Source: Syntrophobacterales bacterium | GTDB lineage: Bacteria > Desulfobacterota > Desulfobaccia > Desulfobaccales > 0-14-0-80-60-11 | Direction: 5' to 3' | Length of the DNA stretch: 64,000 nucleotides | Assembly: GCA_023512475.1 (NCBI GenBank) | Contig: JAILZL010000003.1 | Location: 54,845 to 118,844 of the forward strand | Shown: positions 18,266 to 28,550 of the stretch, one piece after another | Position numbering within the stretch: position 1 is the first letter of the stretch | Layout of the letters: the number at the start of each line of letters is the position of its first letter | Made by a program: the position numbers and the translations under genes | The notes under the pieces: generated by a model | Seen by the model: the letters and a program-made list of their open reading frames with translations, nothing else | Databases searched by the model: none | Told to the model about the DNA's origin: nothing

Positions 18266-20350
18266 TCACAGGGGGGAGCGGAATTTCACCGAACAGACCG
18301 CACCGGGGGTCAACTCCGCGCCCGGGGCCGGATCCTGCTCCACCGCCAGGCCGCTGCCTTCCAGCTGGCAGCGCACCCCGGCCTGGTGCAAGAGATCCAG
18401 CACCTGCCGGATGGTGAGGCCCCGGACATCAGGCATGACTCTCAGGGGCTCCCCTGGCTTGGGGGACGGCGCGGCCGCCGGCACCACCACTTCCGGGAGC
18501 AGCTCCGGAATGGCCAAAACCGAGGCGGGCGTCACCCCGCCGTTTTGGCGGCCCGCCGGAGGTTCCGGGGTTTTCTTGGCCCCCGCCAAGACCGGCAGGT
18601 TGGGGGTCGGGGGGTGATACCCCAGGACCCTGAGGACCTGGGTGGCGATTTCCCGGAAAATGGGGGCCGCCACCACCCCGCCGTAGATGGCCCCTTTGGA
18701 TTCGTCGATGATCACCGTGATGGCCAAAACCGGCTGCTCCGCGGGCACCAGCCCCACGAAGACGGAATTGAATTTGCTGTGGGAAAAGGCCCGGCCCACC
18801 ACCTTCTGGGCGGTGCCGGTCTTGCCCGCGGCGGTGAAGCCCGGCGGCGCCATCCCGGCGGCGGTGCCCCCGGGCTCGGTCACGGTCTGCATCATGGCCA
18901 GGATCTGCCGGGCGGCCTGGGAGGACAACACCCGGCGCACCGGATAGGGCGGGAATTCCCGGACCTTTTCCCCCTGGGCGGTGACGATCTCCTTGACCAG
19001 CAGGGGCCGCATGAGCACCCCGTCATTCCCCAGGGCCGCCAGGGCGGTGGTGAGCTGCAGCACGGAGACGGAGATGCCCTGCCCAAAGGCGGTGGTGGCC
19101 CGATCCAGGGGGGAGCGGATGCGGCTGTGATTCTTCACCAGTCCGGGGGTCTCCCCGGGGAAGGGGATGCCGGTGCGGGACCCGAAGCCGAAGGCCCGGA
19201 GATAATCGTCCAGCCGGGCCGGCCCCAGGCGGTTGGCGATCTTGGCGGAGCCGATATTGCTGGATTTCTGGATGATCTGCTGCACCGTCAGGCCGCCGTA
19301 GGGGTGCACGTCCCGGATGCGCTCCTTGGCCGTCAGGTACCAGATGCCGTTTTCACAATGGTAGCGGTCGGAGGGCTTCACCAGGCCGGCGTCCAGCGCC
19401 GAGGCCACGACGAAGATCTTGAAGGCGCTGCCCGGCTCCAGGGCTTCGGTGAGGTTACGGTTCTTGCGGGCCACCTCCGGGTACCGCCCGGGCTGGTTGG
19501 GGTCCATGGTGGGAAGTTGGGCCATGGCCAGGATCTCCCCGGTCTGGGGCCGCATCACCATGGCATAGCCGCCGGCGGCGTTCCACTTGGCCACCCCCTT
19601 GGCCAGCTCCTTTTCCACGATATATTGAATGGTGCGGTCGATGGTCAGCACCAGGTTGTGGCCCCGGACCTCCGGGTCGAAGGCCTTCTCCTCGGTGACC
19701 ACGATGCGGCCCCGGGCGTCCATGAGCCGCTGCACCTTTTTGGGCTTGCCGTAGAGTTCCCGGTCAAACTGGTATTCCAGCCCCTCCAGCCCCACGCCAT
19801 CGATATTGCAGAAGCCCAAAATGGGCCCGGCCAGGGTCTGCTGCGGATAGAAACGCTTGGATTCCGGCAAAAGATAGATGGCGTCCTCCTCCTGCCGGCC
19901 GGCGGCGCCCTTTTTCTGGGCCCGCTCCTGCACCCGTTCCTGCCAGGCCCGGAACGCGGCTTCCCGCTCCGGGGTGAGGTGGCGCTTCAGCCACACAAAG
20001 GGCTGCTCCGAGGTGAGCAGCTCCTGGAGCTCCTTGACGTCCAGGCCCAGAACCGGGGCCAGCTCCCTGGCCAGCCGCTGGGGGTTTTTAAGCTGCCGGG
20101 GGTGGGCCACCGCGGAGTAGACCCGGGTGCTCACCGCCAGCTCGGCCCCGTGGCGGTCCAGGATGAGACCCCGCTCGGGCAAGACCGGGGTCATCTTGCG
20201 GAGATAGGCCTCGGCCTCCTCCCGCAGGGCCCCGCCCTGGAGGACCTGCAGGTGGAGGAAGCGTCCGGTCACCAGCAGGCCCAGGCCTGCCAGAAACACG
20301 CCCACCAGCACCAGGCGCAGGCGCACCCACTTGTTGAGGAAGTAGCTCAT
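18266..20350 (-). CDS. ftsI: Class B penicillin-binding protein FtsI with C-terminal PASTA domain
   Basis: SxxK (EPGSAFK), SxN (KSSNI), KTGT motifs; PASTA-like MPDVRGLT. Confidence 0.96.
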   Translation of the reverse strand: MSYFLNKWVRLRLVLVGVFLAGLGLLVTGRFLHLQVLQGGALREEAEAYLRKMTPVLPERGLILDRHGAELAVSTRVYSAVAHPRQLKNPQRLARELAPVLGLDVKELQELLTSEQPFVWLKRHLTPEREAAFRAWQERVQERAQKKGAAGRQEEDAIYLLPESKRFYPQQTLAGPILGFCNIDGVGLEGLEYQFDRELYGKPKKVQRLMDARGRIVVTEEKAFDPEVRGHNLVLTIDRTIQYIVEKELAKGVAKWNAAGGYAMVMRPQTGEILAMAQLPTMDPNQPGRYPEVARKNRNLTEALEPGSAFKIFVVASALDAGLVKPSDRYHCENGIWYLTAKERIRDVHPYGGLTVQQIIQKSSNIGSAKIANRLGPARLDDYLRAFGFGSRTGIPFPGETPGLVKNHSRIRSPLDRATTAFGQGISVSVLQLTTALAALGNDGVLMRPLLVKEIVTAQGEKVREFPPYPVRRVLSSQAARQILAMMQTVTEPGGTAAGMAPPGFTAAGKTGTAQKVVGRAFSHSKFNSVFVGLVPAEQPVLAITVIIDESKGAIYGGVVAAPIFREIATQVLRVLGYHPPTPNLPVLAGAKKTPEPPAGRQNGGVTPASVLAIPELLPEVVVPAAAPSPKPGEPLRVMPDVRGLTIRQVLDLLHQAGVRCQLEGSGLAVEQDPAPGAELTPGAVCSVKFRSPL

Positions 20351-20700
20351 GGCACCCGGACGATCTGAGAGGGCTCCGGCGGCAGCATGCCGTATTTCTC
20401 CGCCAGCTTCTCCAGCCGGGAGGCCCCGGTGAGATTGGCGTATTCAATGAGGAGCTTCTCGTGGAGTTCCCGATGCTGTTTCTGAATCTCCTTGGCCTGG
20501 GAAATCTGATACTGCAGCTCCACCACCTGGACGCTGCTCCAGGCCCAGATGAGGGAGGTGGCCACCAGGCCGAGGGTGGCACAGATGAGCACGGTCACCG
20601 CCACCCGGCCCACCCGGTTCTCGGAGCGCGCCAGCTTGCGGTTCTTGGCGAACAGGGCATGATTGACGGCTTGGAGACGCAGAGTCAGCGGGGCGGGCAT
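20347..20700 (-). CDS. ftsL: Cell division protein FtsL
   Basis: Small, one TM plus coiled coil (RLEKLAEKYGM); lies between rsmH and ftsI. Confidence 0.85.
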   Translation of the reverse strand: MPAPLTLRLQAVNHALFAKNRKLARSENRVGRVAVTVLICATLGLVATSLIWAWSSVQVVELQYQISQAKEIQKQHRELHEKLLIEYANLTGASRLEKLAEKYGMLPPEPSQIVRVP

Positions 20701-20718
20701 CAAGACCTCCTGTGCGAC

Positions 20719-21621
20719 TCAGATTTTTTCCGCAATGCGCAGGCGGGCGGTGCGGGCCCGGGGGTTGGCCCGGACCTCCGCCGCCGTGGGCCTCAGGGGC
20801 TTTTTGGTCAGCCGCCGGCACAGGCCCTGACGCTCCCAGGCCAGAAAGTGCTGTTTCACCAGGCGGTCCTCCAGGGAGTGGTAGGAGAGGATCACCAGGC
20901 GGCCGCCGGGCTCCAGCCAGGCCGGGGCCTGACGGAGAAAGGCCTCCAGTTCCTCCAGTTCCCGGTTCACCGCGATCCTCAGGGCCTGAAAGATGCGGGT
21001 GGCCGGGTGCAGGCGGCTGCCGGGCCGGGGGCGGAGCACCGGGCTCACCGCCTCCAGAAGGTCGCCGGTGGTCCGCAGCGGCCGGCGCCGCCTGGCCTCC
21101 ACCACCAGCCGGGCCACCTGCCGGGCCCGGGGCTCCTCGCCATATTCCCAAAAGATCCGGGCCAGCTCGGCTTCGGGCAGGGTGTTCACCAGCTCCGCCG
21201 CGGGGGGCAGGGGCTCCCCGGGGTTGTAGCGCATGTCCAGGGGCTCGTCCCGGCGGAAGCTGAAGCCCCGGCCGGAGCGCTCCAGGAGATAGGAGGAGAG
21301 GCCCAAGTCCAGCAGGATGCCGGCGGCCTGACTCCGCCCCAGGGCCGCCAGCACCTCCCCCAGGCGGCTGAACGGGGCGGGAAAGAGAAAAAAGCGGGAG
21401 GTGTAGGGGGCCAGCCGCCGGGCGGTCGCTTCAAGAACGACTGGATTGCGATCCAGTCCCACCAGCTCCCCCTCTTGAGCGATACGGTCCAGGATGGCCA
21501 CTGCGTGTCCCCCCTCGCCGATGGTGCCATCCACATACAGACGGCCGGGCCGGCAATTGAGGCCCCCTAGCACCTCCGCTACCATCACCGGTGCGTGCAC
21601 CGGGCTCTGGTCTGGGCTCAA
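20719..21621 (-). CDS. rsmH: 16S rRNA C1402 N4-methyltransferase
   Basis: HAPVM, DGTIGEGGH, LDLGLSS, PLDMR, HPATRIFQALRIAVN, YHSLEDR. Confidence 0.98.
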   Translation of the reverse strand: MSPDQSPVHAPVMVAEVLGGLNCRPGRLYVDGTIGEGGHAVAILDRIAQEGELVGLDRNPVVLEATARRLAPYTSRFFLFPAPFSRLGEVLAALGRSQAAGILLDLGLSSYLLERSGRGFSFRRDEPLDMRYNPGEPLPPAAELVNTLPEAELARIFWEYGEEPRARQVARLVVEARRRRPLRTTGDLLEAVSPVLRPRPGSRLHPATRIFQALRIAVNRELEELEAFLRQAPAWLEPGGRLVILSYHSLEDRLVKQHFLAWERQGLCRRLTKKPLRPTAAEVRANPRARTARLRIAEKI

Positions 21622-22052
21622 ATCAGCAATTCGTGCAACACCTCTTCGTTGATGGATTCTTCCAGCTGCCTGCGGTGGGCCTCAAAGGCGGCCCGGTCCC
21701 AGATCTCAAAGCAGCGCACCGCGCCCACCAGGGCCACGTCCCGGGTGAGTTTGGCGTAATCCCGCAGGTTCTGGGGGATGAGGATGCGGCCCTGACGGTC
21801 CAGGGGGCATTCCTCCGCCCCGGAAATGATAAACCGCTGAAACGCCCGGAGATCTTTGCGAAAGAGGGCCAGCTCCCCGATCTTGGCCTCCACCTTGATC
21901 CATTCGGACATGGGGAAGGCCAGGATGTAGCCGTCCCAATTGGTGAGCACGAGTTGCCGGTCCTGGCGCTCCTGCAGGATGTCCCGGTAGCGGGAGGGGA
22001 TGCTCACCCGTCCCTTGTTGTCCATGGAGTGGAAGAAGCTACCGGTGAACAC
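21618..22052 (-). CDS. mraZ: Division/cell wall cluster transcriptional repressor MraZ
   Basis: DNKGRVSIP and DRQGRILIP repeats; first gene of the dcw cluster. GTG start after a GGGGAG site. Confidence 0.97.
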   Translation of the reverse strand: MFTGSFFHSMDNKGRVSIPSRYRDILQERQDRQLVLTNWDGYILAFPMSEWIKVEAKIGELALFRKDLRAFQRFIISGAEECPLDRQGRILIPQNLRDYAKLTRDVALVGAVRCFEIWDRAAFEAHRRQLEESINEEVLHELLI

Positions 22053-22075
22053 CGCTCCCCCTTTATGGCCCGGCA

Positions 22076-22101
22076 CTCCACTTTAACCCACAATTCCCCA
22101 C
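22076..22101 (-). promoter_or_regulatory. MraZ-binding direct repeats
   Basis: Minus strand GTGGGG-aatt-GTGGGT-taaa-GTGGAG: three boxes at 10-bp period upstream of mraZ. A TTGACA lies at 22139-22134. Confidence 0.8.
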
Positions 22102-22312
22102 ACGGGAACCAATTTCAGCCTTTTTCAGGGAATTGTCAAGGAAAAAAATCTCTTCGGAAAAGTTTCACAAACGTGGCCCTAAAAAAATGAATATCCAGAT
22201 AAATCAACTAGATATCCCTGCAAGGCCCCGCCGCCCGCCCGGCCTTCTCTCAGTGAATTAAGAAGGAAATTCTCAGGAAATTCCTTAGGGGAAGGACTGG
22301 AAAAGGGAAGAC

Positions 22313-22750
22313 TTAGTCCCGGTGCCGCCGGTCCAGGTAGCCCTGCAAAATGAGGGTGGCGGCCACCTGATCCACCACCCGCCGCCGTTTGGCGCGGCTC
22401 ACGTCCGCCGCCACCAGCAGGCGCTCCGCCTCCTGGGTGCTGAGGCGTTCATCCCAGGGGATGACGGGCACCCCCAGCTCCCGGCCCAGGGCCTCCGCCA
22501 GCTCTTGGGCCATGCCGGCATGGGTCCCGGGCCGCCCGTTAAGGTGCCGGGGGAATCCCACCACGATCTCCTGGATGGCATAATCCGCCACCAGGGCCTT
22601 CAGGGCCGCCACATCCCGGGCCAGATCCCGCCGCACCACCACCCCCAGGCCCTGGGCGGTGAGCCCCAGGGGGTCACTGATGGCCACGCCGATGCGTTTC
22701 TCCCCCACGTCCAGGGCCAGGATGCGGATTTCCTTTTCCATGCCGGTCAT
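22313..22750 (-). CDS. ruvX: YqgF/RuvX family nuclease (pre-16S rRNA maturation)
   Basis: ILALDVGEKRIGVAISD, WDERLST, DQVAATLILQGYL. Confidence 0.95.
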   Translation of the reverse strand: MTGMEKEIRILALDVGEKRIGVAISDPLGLTAQGLGVVVRRDLARDVAALKALVADYAIQEIVVGFPRHLNGRPGTHAGMAQELAEALGRELGVPVIPWDERLSTQEAERLLVAADVSRAKRRRVVDQVAATLILQGYLDRRHRD

Positions 22751-22979
22751 CGGGTCCCCTTGGCCTGTCCGTGGGAGTGGCCACAGCAAGGGGTTCTATG
22801 CCAGCCCCGCCGGGTGGGGGCGCCGCAGAGCTGTCCGCCCCGGCGCCTCCAGGCAGGGCCGACGGGCCGGACCAGGGCCTCACGTCCGCCCGCCCCGGGG
22901 AAGAAAGGCTTGCCGCCGGGTGCTCTGCCTGATGGCCCCCCGGACCTTCCGCCGGCGGGGCACAGGGCGGCCGTAGGCC

Positions 22980-23396
22980 TCACTCCGACAGGAGCCAGCC
23001 CGCCGCCAGCGCCAGGGCGATGCCCCCCAGGTGCCTCAGGGTCAGGGTTTCCTGCAACAAAAGTCGGCTTAAGAGCACCGTGATCACCGGATACAGACTG
23101 GTGAGGGGCACCACCACCGCCGCCGGGCCCCGGGCCAGGGCGCCGTAGAAGCACAGGAGGCCCACCGAGGTGCACAGGCCCGCCCCCAAGGCCGCGGCCC
23201 AGCCCGCCGGGTGCCAGGGGAGGCGGCCGCCGGTGGTGAGCAGCACCGTCAGGACCGTGGCCAGATGCCCCAGCACCCCCACGGCATACACCGCCTGGAA
23301 GGGCAGGCTCCGGGCCGCCAGTTTGCCCAGCACCCCCCAGGCTCCCCACAGAACGATGGCCGCCAGGGCCAGCCAGAACCAGCCTGCCACCCTCAC
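22980..23396 (-). CDS. EamA/DMT family single-domain transporter
   Basis: About five TM segments; VVVPLTSLYP...LLQE motif. Confidence 0.85.
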   Translation of the reverse strand: MRVAGWFWLALAAIVLWGAWGVLGKLAARSLPFQAVYAVGVLGHLATVLTVLLTTGGRLPWHPAGWAAALGAGLCTSVGLLCFYGALARGPAAVVVPLTSLYPVITVLLSRLLLQETLTLRHLGGIALALAAGWLLSE

Positions 23397-23540
23397 CTCC
23401 GGGCCCGGGCTCCCGCTTGTTTTTCCGCCGGGATCCTGCGATGATTAAGCGAATCTCCCGCAGGGGAGCCGCCTTGCCCTCACTTTACCGCAAAGGGGGC
23501 GGCGGCGGAAGACCCGGCACGAAAACGGGGGCGAAGCGGT

Positions 23541-24242
23541 ATGTACATCATGGGTCACCGGGGCGCTGCGGGACTGGAGCCGGAAAACACCCTCCTCAGC
23601 ATTCGGCGGGCCCTGGAGCTGGGGGTCACGGCGGTGGAGGTGGACGTGCACCTCTCCCGGGACGGCCGCCTGGTGGTCATTCACGATGACACCGTGGACC
23701 GCACCACCAACGGCCGGGGCCGGGTGCGGGACCTCACCTTCGCGGAGCTCCGGCGCCTGGACGCCGGCAAAGGGGAGCGCCTCCCCAGCCTGGAGGAGGT
23801 GGCCGACCTGGTGGCGCACCGGGCCCACCTGGTGGTGGAGGTGAAGGCCCCGGAGGCCGGCCCGGTGCTCACGGACTTCATCCGGGGGGCGGGGCTGTTT
23901 GAGCGGGTGCACGCCATCTCCTTCTGGCACCCGGTGGTGAAGGCCATGAAGGAAGAAGAACCCCGCCTGCGCACCGGGGTCCTGCTGGTGGGCTGCCCGG
24001 CGGACCCGGCGGGCCTGGCCCGGGCCGCCCGGGCCGACGCCCTGGTCTTGCACTATGCCTACATCACCCCGGAGCTGGTGGCCCAGGCCCATGCCGCCCA
24101 GCTGTTGGTGTTTGTCTGGAATATCGATGACATCGAGACCCTGAAACCCTACCTCGCCCTGGATCTGGACGGCATCGGCACCAACCGTCCGGATGTGGTG
24201 GTGGAGTTTGTGCGGCGGTGGAGGCAGGGCCAGGGAACCTGA
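23541..24242 (+). CDS. Glycerophosphodiester phosphodiesterase
   Basis: GHRG...PENT, EVDV, HDDTVDRTT. Confidence 0.95.
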   Translation: MYIMGHRGAAGLEPENTLLSIRRALELGVTAVEVDVHLSRDGRLVVIHDDTVDRTTNGRGRVRDLTFAELRRLDAGKGERLPSLEEVADLVAHRAHLVVEVKAPEAGPVLTDFIRGAGLFERVHAISFWHPVVKAMKEEEPRLRTGVLLVGCPADPAGLARAARADALVLHYAYITPELVAQAHAAQLLVFVWNIDDIETLKPYLALDLDGIGTNRPDVVVEFVRRWRQGQGT

Positions 24243-24350
24243 CGCCCTGACCGCCTCCCACCCAGGCCGTGTATCTGAAACAAAGGGAAAGGGGCGAGGG
24301 CCGCTTCTCCTCGGCCCCTTACTCCCTCGGATCCGCATGAAGGAAAGGCC

Positions 24351-26276
24351 ATGGCGCAGACCCTTGTCGAGCAGATCCTTCAGGCCCATCTGGTGGAGGG
24401 GGAGCTCGTCCCCGGCACCGAGATCGGCCTTCGGATAGACCACACCCTGACCCAGGACGCCACCGGCACCCTGGCCTATCTGGAGTTTGAGGCCATGGGG
24501 GTGCCCCGGGTGCAGACCGAGGTGGCGGTGAGCTACGTGGATCACAACCTCATGCAGGCGGACTTCCGCAACGCCGACGATCACCGCTTTCTGCGCACCG
24601 TGGCGGCCCGCTACGGCCTCTACTTTTCGCCGCCGGGCAACGGTATCTGCCACCAGGTGCACCTGGAGCGCTTCAGCGCCCCGGGCAAGACCCTCATCGG
24701 CTCGGACAGCCACACCCCCACCGCCGGGGGGGCCGGCATGCTGGCCTTCGGGGCCGGGGGCCTGGATGTGGCCCTGGCCATGGCGGGGCAGCCCTTCTAT
24801 CTCCCCATGCCCCGGGTGCTGGGGGTGCGTCTCCTGGGGCGGCTGCCGGACTGGGTCTCGGCCAAGGATGTCATCCTGGCGCTCCTGGGCCGCCTCACCG
24901 TCCGGGGCGGCCGGGGCTACATCCTGGAGTACTTCGGCCCGGGGGTGAAGACCCTGAGCGTACCGGAACGGGCGGCCATCGCCAACATGGGGGCGGAGCT
25001 GGGGGCCACCTCCTCGATTTTCCCCTCCGATGACCAGACCCGGGCCTTCCTGCGCCTGCAGGGCCGGGAAGCGGACTGGCGGCCCCTCAAGGCCCAGGGC
25101 GCCCCCGGCTACCAGCGGGTGGAGGAGGTGAATCTGTCCGCCCTGGAGCCTCTGGTGGCCCAGCCGTCCTCCCCGGACAACGTGGTGCCGGTGCGGGAGG
25201 CGGAGGGGATTCCGGTGGACCAGGTGCTCATCGGTTCCTGCGCCAACTCCTCCTTCCGGGACCTCATGGTGGTGGCCAGGGCCCTGCAGGGGAAAAAGGT
25301 GCACCCCCGGGTGAGTCTGGAGATCAACCCCGGCTCCCGCCAGGTGCTGGAGAACCTCATCCTGGCCGGGGGCCTGGTGCCGCTTTTGGAGGCCGGGGCC
25401 CGCCTCATGCCGCCGGGCTGCTGGGGCTGCATCGGCATCGGCCAGGCGCCGGCCACGGACGCGGTGAGCGTGCGCACCTTCACCCGCAACTTCCCGGGGC
25501 GCAGCGGCACCAAGGGGGACCAGGTCTTCCTGGTGAGCCCGGAGACCGCCGCGGCCACGGCCATTTACGGCGAAATCACCGATCCCCGGCGTCTGGGGGC
25601 CGCCCCCCGTATCCCCCCGCCCCGGTATTTCGTGGTGGACGGCAAGCATCTGGTGCCGCCGCTGCCGCCGGAGGAGGCCGCCCGGGTGGAGGTCCTCCGG
25701 GGGCCCAACATCGTGCCCTTCCCGGAGCTGGCGCCCCTGCCCGACACCTGGCGGGGCGAGGTCTGGCTGGTCACCGGCGACAACGTCAGCACCGATGACA
25801 TCCTGCCCGCAGGCAGCAAGATTTTGCCCCTGCGCAGCAATCTGCCGGCCATCAGTGAGTTTGCCTTTACCCGTCTGGACCCCGAATTCCCCCGGCGGGT
25901 GAAGGGCCGGGGCGAAGGGGCCATTGTGGGGGGGGACAACTACGGCCAGGGCTCCTCCCGGGAGCACGCCGCCCTGGCCCCCCGCTATCTGGGGGTCCGG
26001 GTGAAGCTGGTGCGGAGCTTTGCCCGCATCCACCTGGCCAACCTCATCAATTTCGGCATCCTGCCCCTCACTTTCGAGGACCCGGCGGATTATGCCTGCC
26101 TGCACGAGGGCCAGGAGCTGGAGCTTCCCGAGGTCAAGGCCCGGCTGCTGGCGGGGGAGGAGAGCCTGCCCCTGAGGGTGAACGGCCGGGAGATCCGGGT
26201 GAAGGCCGAGCTGACGCCCCGGCAGCGCAAAATCCTGGCCCTGGGCGGCGCCCTGAACCTGGCCCGGGGCAAATGA
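24351..26276 (+). CDS. Aconitate hydratase (short single-chain type)
   Basis: DHN, GICHQVHLE, GSDSHT, IGSCAN, CWGCIG, RNFPGRSG, NYGQGSSREHAA. Confidence 0.9.
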   Translation: MAQTLVEQILQAHLVEGELVPGTEIGLRIDHTLTQDATGTLAYLEFEAMGVPRVQTEVAVSYVDHNLMQADFRNADDHRFLRTVAARYGLYFSPPGNGICHQVHLERFSAPGKTLIGSDSHTPTAGGAGMLAFGAGGLDVALAMAGQPFYLPMPRVLGVRLLGRLPDWVSAKDVILALLGRLTVRGGRGYILEYFGPGVKTLSVPERAAIANMGAELGATSSIFPSDDQTRAFLRLQGREADWRPLKAQGAPGYQRVEEVNLSALEPLVAQPSSPDNVVPVREAEGIPVDQVLIGSCANSSFRDLMVVARALQGKKVHPRVSLEINPGSRQVLENLILAGGLVPLLEAGARLMPPGCWGCIGIGQAPATDAVSVRTFTRNFPGRSGTKGDQVFLVSPETAAATAIYGEITDPRRLGAAPRIPPPRYFVVDGKHLVPPLPPEEAARVEVLRGPNIVPFPELAPLPDTWRGEVWLVTGDNVSTDDILPAGSKILPLRSNLPAISEFAFTRLDPEFPRRVKGRGEGAIVGGDNYGQGSSREHAALAPRYLGVRVKLVRSFARIHLANLINFGILPLTFEDPADYACLHEGQELELPEVKARLLAGEESLPLRVNGREIRVKAELTPRQRKILALGGALNLARGK

Positions 26277-26360
26277 ACGGGAGCGGGAGGGGGAGTCCCT
26301 TGCCCTGCCCGGGGAGCAAACGGGCAGGGAAATGCGCATCCCTGCGCCCCAGGAAACGCC

Positions 26361-27101
26361 ATGTCTGAGACACATCCCGAGCCCCTGGTGGGTTCCCGGA
26401 AAGCCTACCTCATGGCGGGGGTGATCACGGTCATCCCCCTGCTCATCACCTGGTGGGTGGTGCGCTTCATCGTCACTGTGCTGCGGGATTTCGGCGGCCC
26501 GGCGGTGAGCTGGCTGCACCTGGCCCTACGGCCTTGGGCCCCGGATTTGGCCCACCTGCTTCTCCACCCCTGGTTCGAGGCGGTGCTGGCGGTGATTCTG
26601 GCCTTGGCCGGCTTTTATCTCCTGGGCTGGGGGGCCACCCGGGTGGTGGGGCGCCGGCTTCTGGCCTTCCTGGACGCCCTGGTGCACCGCATTCCCTTCG
26701 TCAACACGGTGTACGGCGGGGTGCAGAAATTCCTGGCGGTCCTGCAACAGAAGCCCGACGGGGTGGACCGGGTGGTGCTCATTGATTTTCCCTCGCCGGA
26801 GATGAAGACCGTGGGCTTTGTCACCCGCACCCTGGTGGATGCCGCCACCGGCCGCCCGCTGGCGGCGGTCTATGTCCCCACCACCCCCAACCCCACCTCG
26901 GGCTATCTGGAGATTGTGCCCTTGGACAAAGTGATCTCCACGGATTGGACCATGGACGAGGCCATGGCCTTCATTATGTCCGGGGGCGCAGTGGCCCCGC
27001 CTGCCATGCGTTATTATCCGGAGAAGGAAGTCCCGCCGCCGGAGCGCCGGGAAGAAGCCCCCGGGGCGGAAAACCCTCCGCAGGAAGGGGAGAGACCATG
27101 A
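26361..27101 (+). CDS. DUF502 family membrane protein
   Basis: RIPFVNTVY and VPTTPNPTSG motifs. Confidence 0.9.
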   Translation: MSETHPEPLVGSRKAYLMAGVITVIPLLITWWVVRFIVTVLRDFGGPAVSWLHLALRPWAPDLAHLLLHPWFEAVLAVILALAGFYLLGWGATRVVGRRLLAFLDALVHRIPFVNTVYGGVQKFLAVLQQKPDGVDRVVLIDFPSPEMKTVGFVTRTLVDAATGRPLAAVYVPTTPNPTSGYLEIVPLDKVISTDWTMDEAMAFIMSGGAVAPPAMRYYPEKEVPPPERREEAPGAENPPQEGERP

Positions 27102-28519
27102 AGGGCCTAACCTGCTTTATCAACAACACCTGGCAGGAGACCGGTGCTCTCCTTCCGGTGCGCTCGCCCTGGTCCGGGGCGGTGGTGGGGGAGGTGGGTC
27201 TGGCCGGTGAGAAGGAGTGGGAGGCGGCCATCCAGGGGGCCCAGGCCGCGGCCGGGGTGCTGAAGAAGTTCTCCAGCTATGAGCGTCGCCGCCTCCTGGA
27301 AGCCCTGGTGGCCGGGGTGAAGGAGCGCCAGGAGGAGTTCGCCCGCACCATCGTGGCGGAAGGGGGCAAACCCATCACCTACGCCCGGGCGGAGATGGCC
27401 CGGGGGGTGACCACCCTGACCCTGGCGGCGGAGGAGGCGGCCCGCTTCGGGGGCGAGTTTCTGCCCCTGGACACCCTGCCCGCCACCAAGGGCCGTTTCG
27501 GCCTCACCCGGCGCTTTCCTTTGGGGCCGGTTTTGGGCATCACCCCCTTCAACTTCCCCTTTAACCTCATGGCCCACAAGGTGGGGCCGGCTTTGGCCGC
27601 GGGCAACCCCATCCTTATCAAGCCCGCCTCCGCCACGCCCCTCACCGCCCTGAAGCTGGCGGAGATCTATGAGGAAGTGGGCGGACCCCCCGGGGGCTTC
27701 CAGGTGCTCCCCAGCCCGGCGGCGGTGGCGGAGCGGGCCGTGGCCGATGAGCGCCTCAAGGCCCTCACCTTCACCGGCAGCTCCCAGGTGGGCTGGCACC
27801 TGAAGAGCGTGGCCGGCCGGAAGCGGGTGCTCCTGGAGCTGGGGGGGAATGCCGCCCTCATCGTGGATCAGGACGCCGACCTGAAAACCGCCGCCCACCG
27901 GGCCGCCATCGGCGGCTTCGCGCATGCTGGGCAGGTGTGCATTGCGGTGCAGCGCCTCCTGGTTGTGGCCCCGGTATATGAGCGCTTCCGGGAGCTTTTC
28001 CTCGCCGCCGTCGGGGAGCTGGTCACCGGGGATCCCGCCCGGGAGGAGACGGTGGTGGGGCCCCTCATCAATGACGAGGCGGCTACGCGGGTGCGGGCCT
28101 GGATCACCGAGGCCCTGGAGGGCGGGGCCCGCCTCCTGGCCGGCGGCCTGGGGGAGGGCCGCCTCATCCCGCCCACCGTCCTGGAGAACGTCCGCCGGGA
28201 GATGAAGGTCTGGCGGGAGGAGATCTTCGGACCGGTGGTCACCCTCACCCCCTGCCGGGATTTCGCCCAGGCCCTGGCGTTGGCCAATGATTCCGTCTAT
28301 GGCCTCCAGGCCGGGGTCTTCACCCGCAACCTGACCCACGCCTGGCAGGCCTTTGAGGAGCTGGAGGTGGGTGGGGTGATCCTCAATGACGCGCCGGTCT
28401 TCCGGGTGGACCACATGCCCTACGGCGGCGTCAAGGCCTCGGGGCTGGGCCGGGAGGGGGTGCGCCTGGCCATGGAGGAACTGAGCGAACTGCGCCTACT
28501 GGCCCTGAAGCCGGAATGA
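27098..28519 (+). CDS. NAD(P)-dependent aldehyde dehydrogenase
   Basis: PFNFP, FTGS, LELGGN, AGQVC, EEIFGP. Start MKGLTC overlaps the DUF502 stop (ATGA). Confidence 0.95.
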   Translation: MKGLTCFINNTWQETGALLPVRSPWSGAVVGEVGLAGEKEWEAAIQGAQAAAGVLKKFSSYERRRLLEALVAGVKERQEEFARTIVAEGGKPITYARAEMARGVTTLTLAAEEAARFGGEFLPLDTLPATKGRFGLTRRFPLGPVLGITPFNFPFNLMAHKVGPALAAGNPILIKPASATPLTALKLAEIYEEVGGPPGGFQVLPSPAAVAERAVADERLKALTFTGSSQVGWHLKSVAGRKRVLLELGGNAALIVDQDADLKTAAHRAAIGGFAHAGQVCIAVQRLLVVAPVYERFRELFLAAVGELVTGDPAREETVVGPLINDEAATRVRAWITEALEGGARLLAGGLGEGRLIPPTVLENVRREMKVWREEIFGPVVTLTPCRDFAQALALANDSVYGLQAGVFTRNLTHAWQAFEELEVGGVILNDAPVFRVDHMPYGGVKASGLGREGVRLAMEELSELRLLALKPE

Positions 28520-28550
28520 GGGGCCCAAGGGAGCCCCACACGCACGGGAG

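Noticed and set aside
23445-26519. 1024-aa minus-strand ORF
   Set aside because: Antisense to the phosphodiesterase and aconitase genes, which carry clear motifs.
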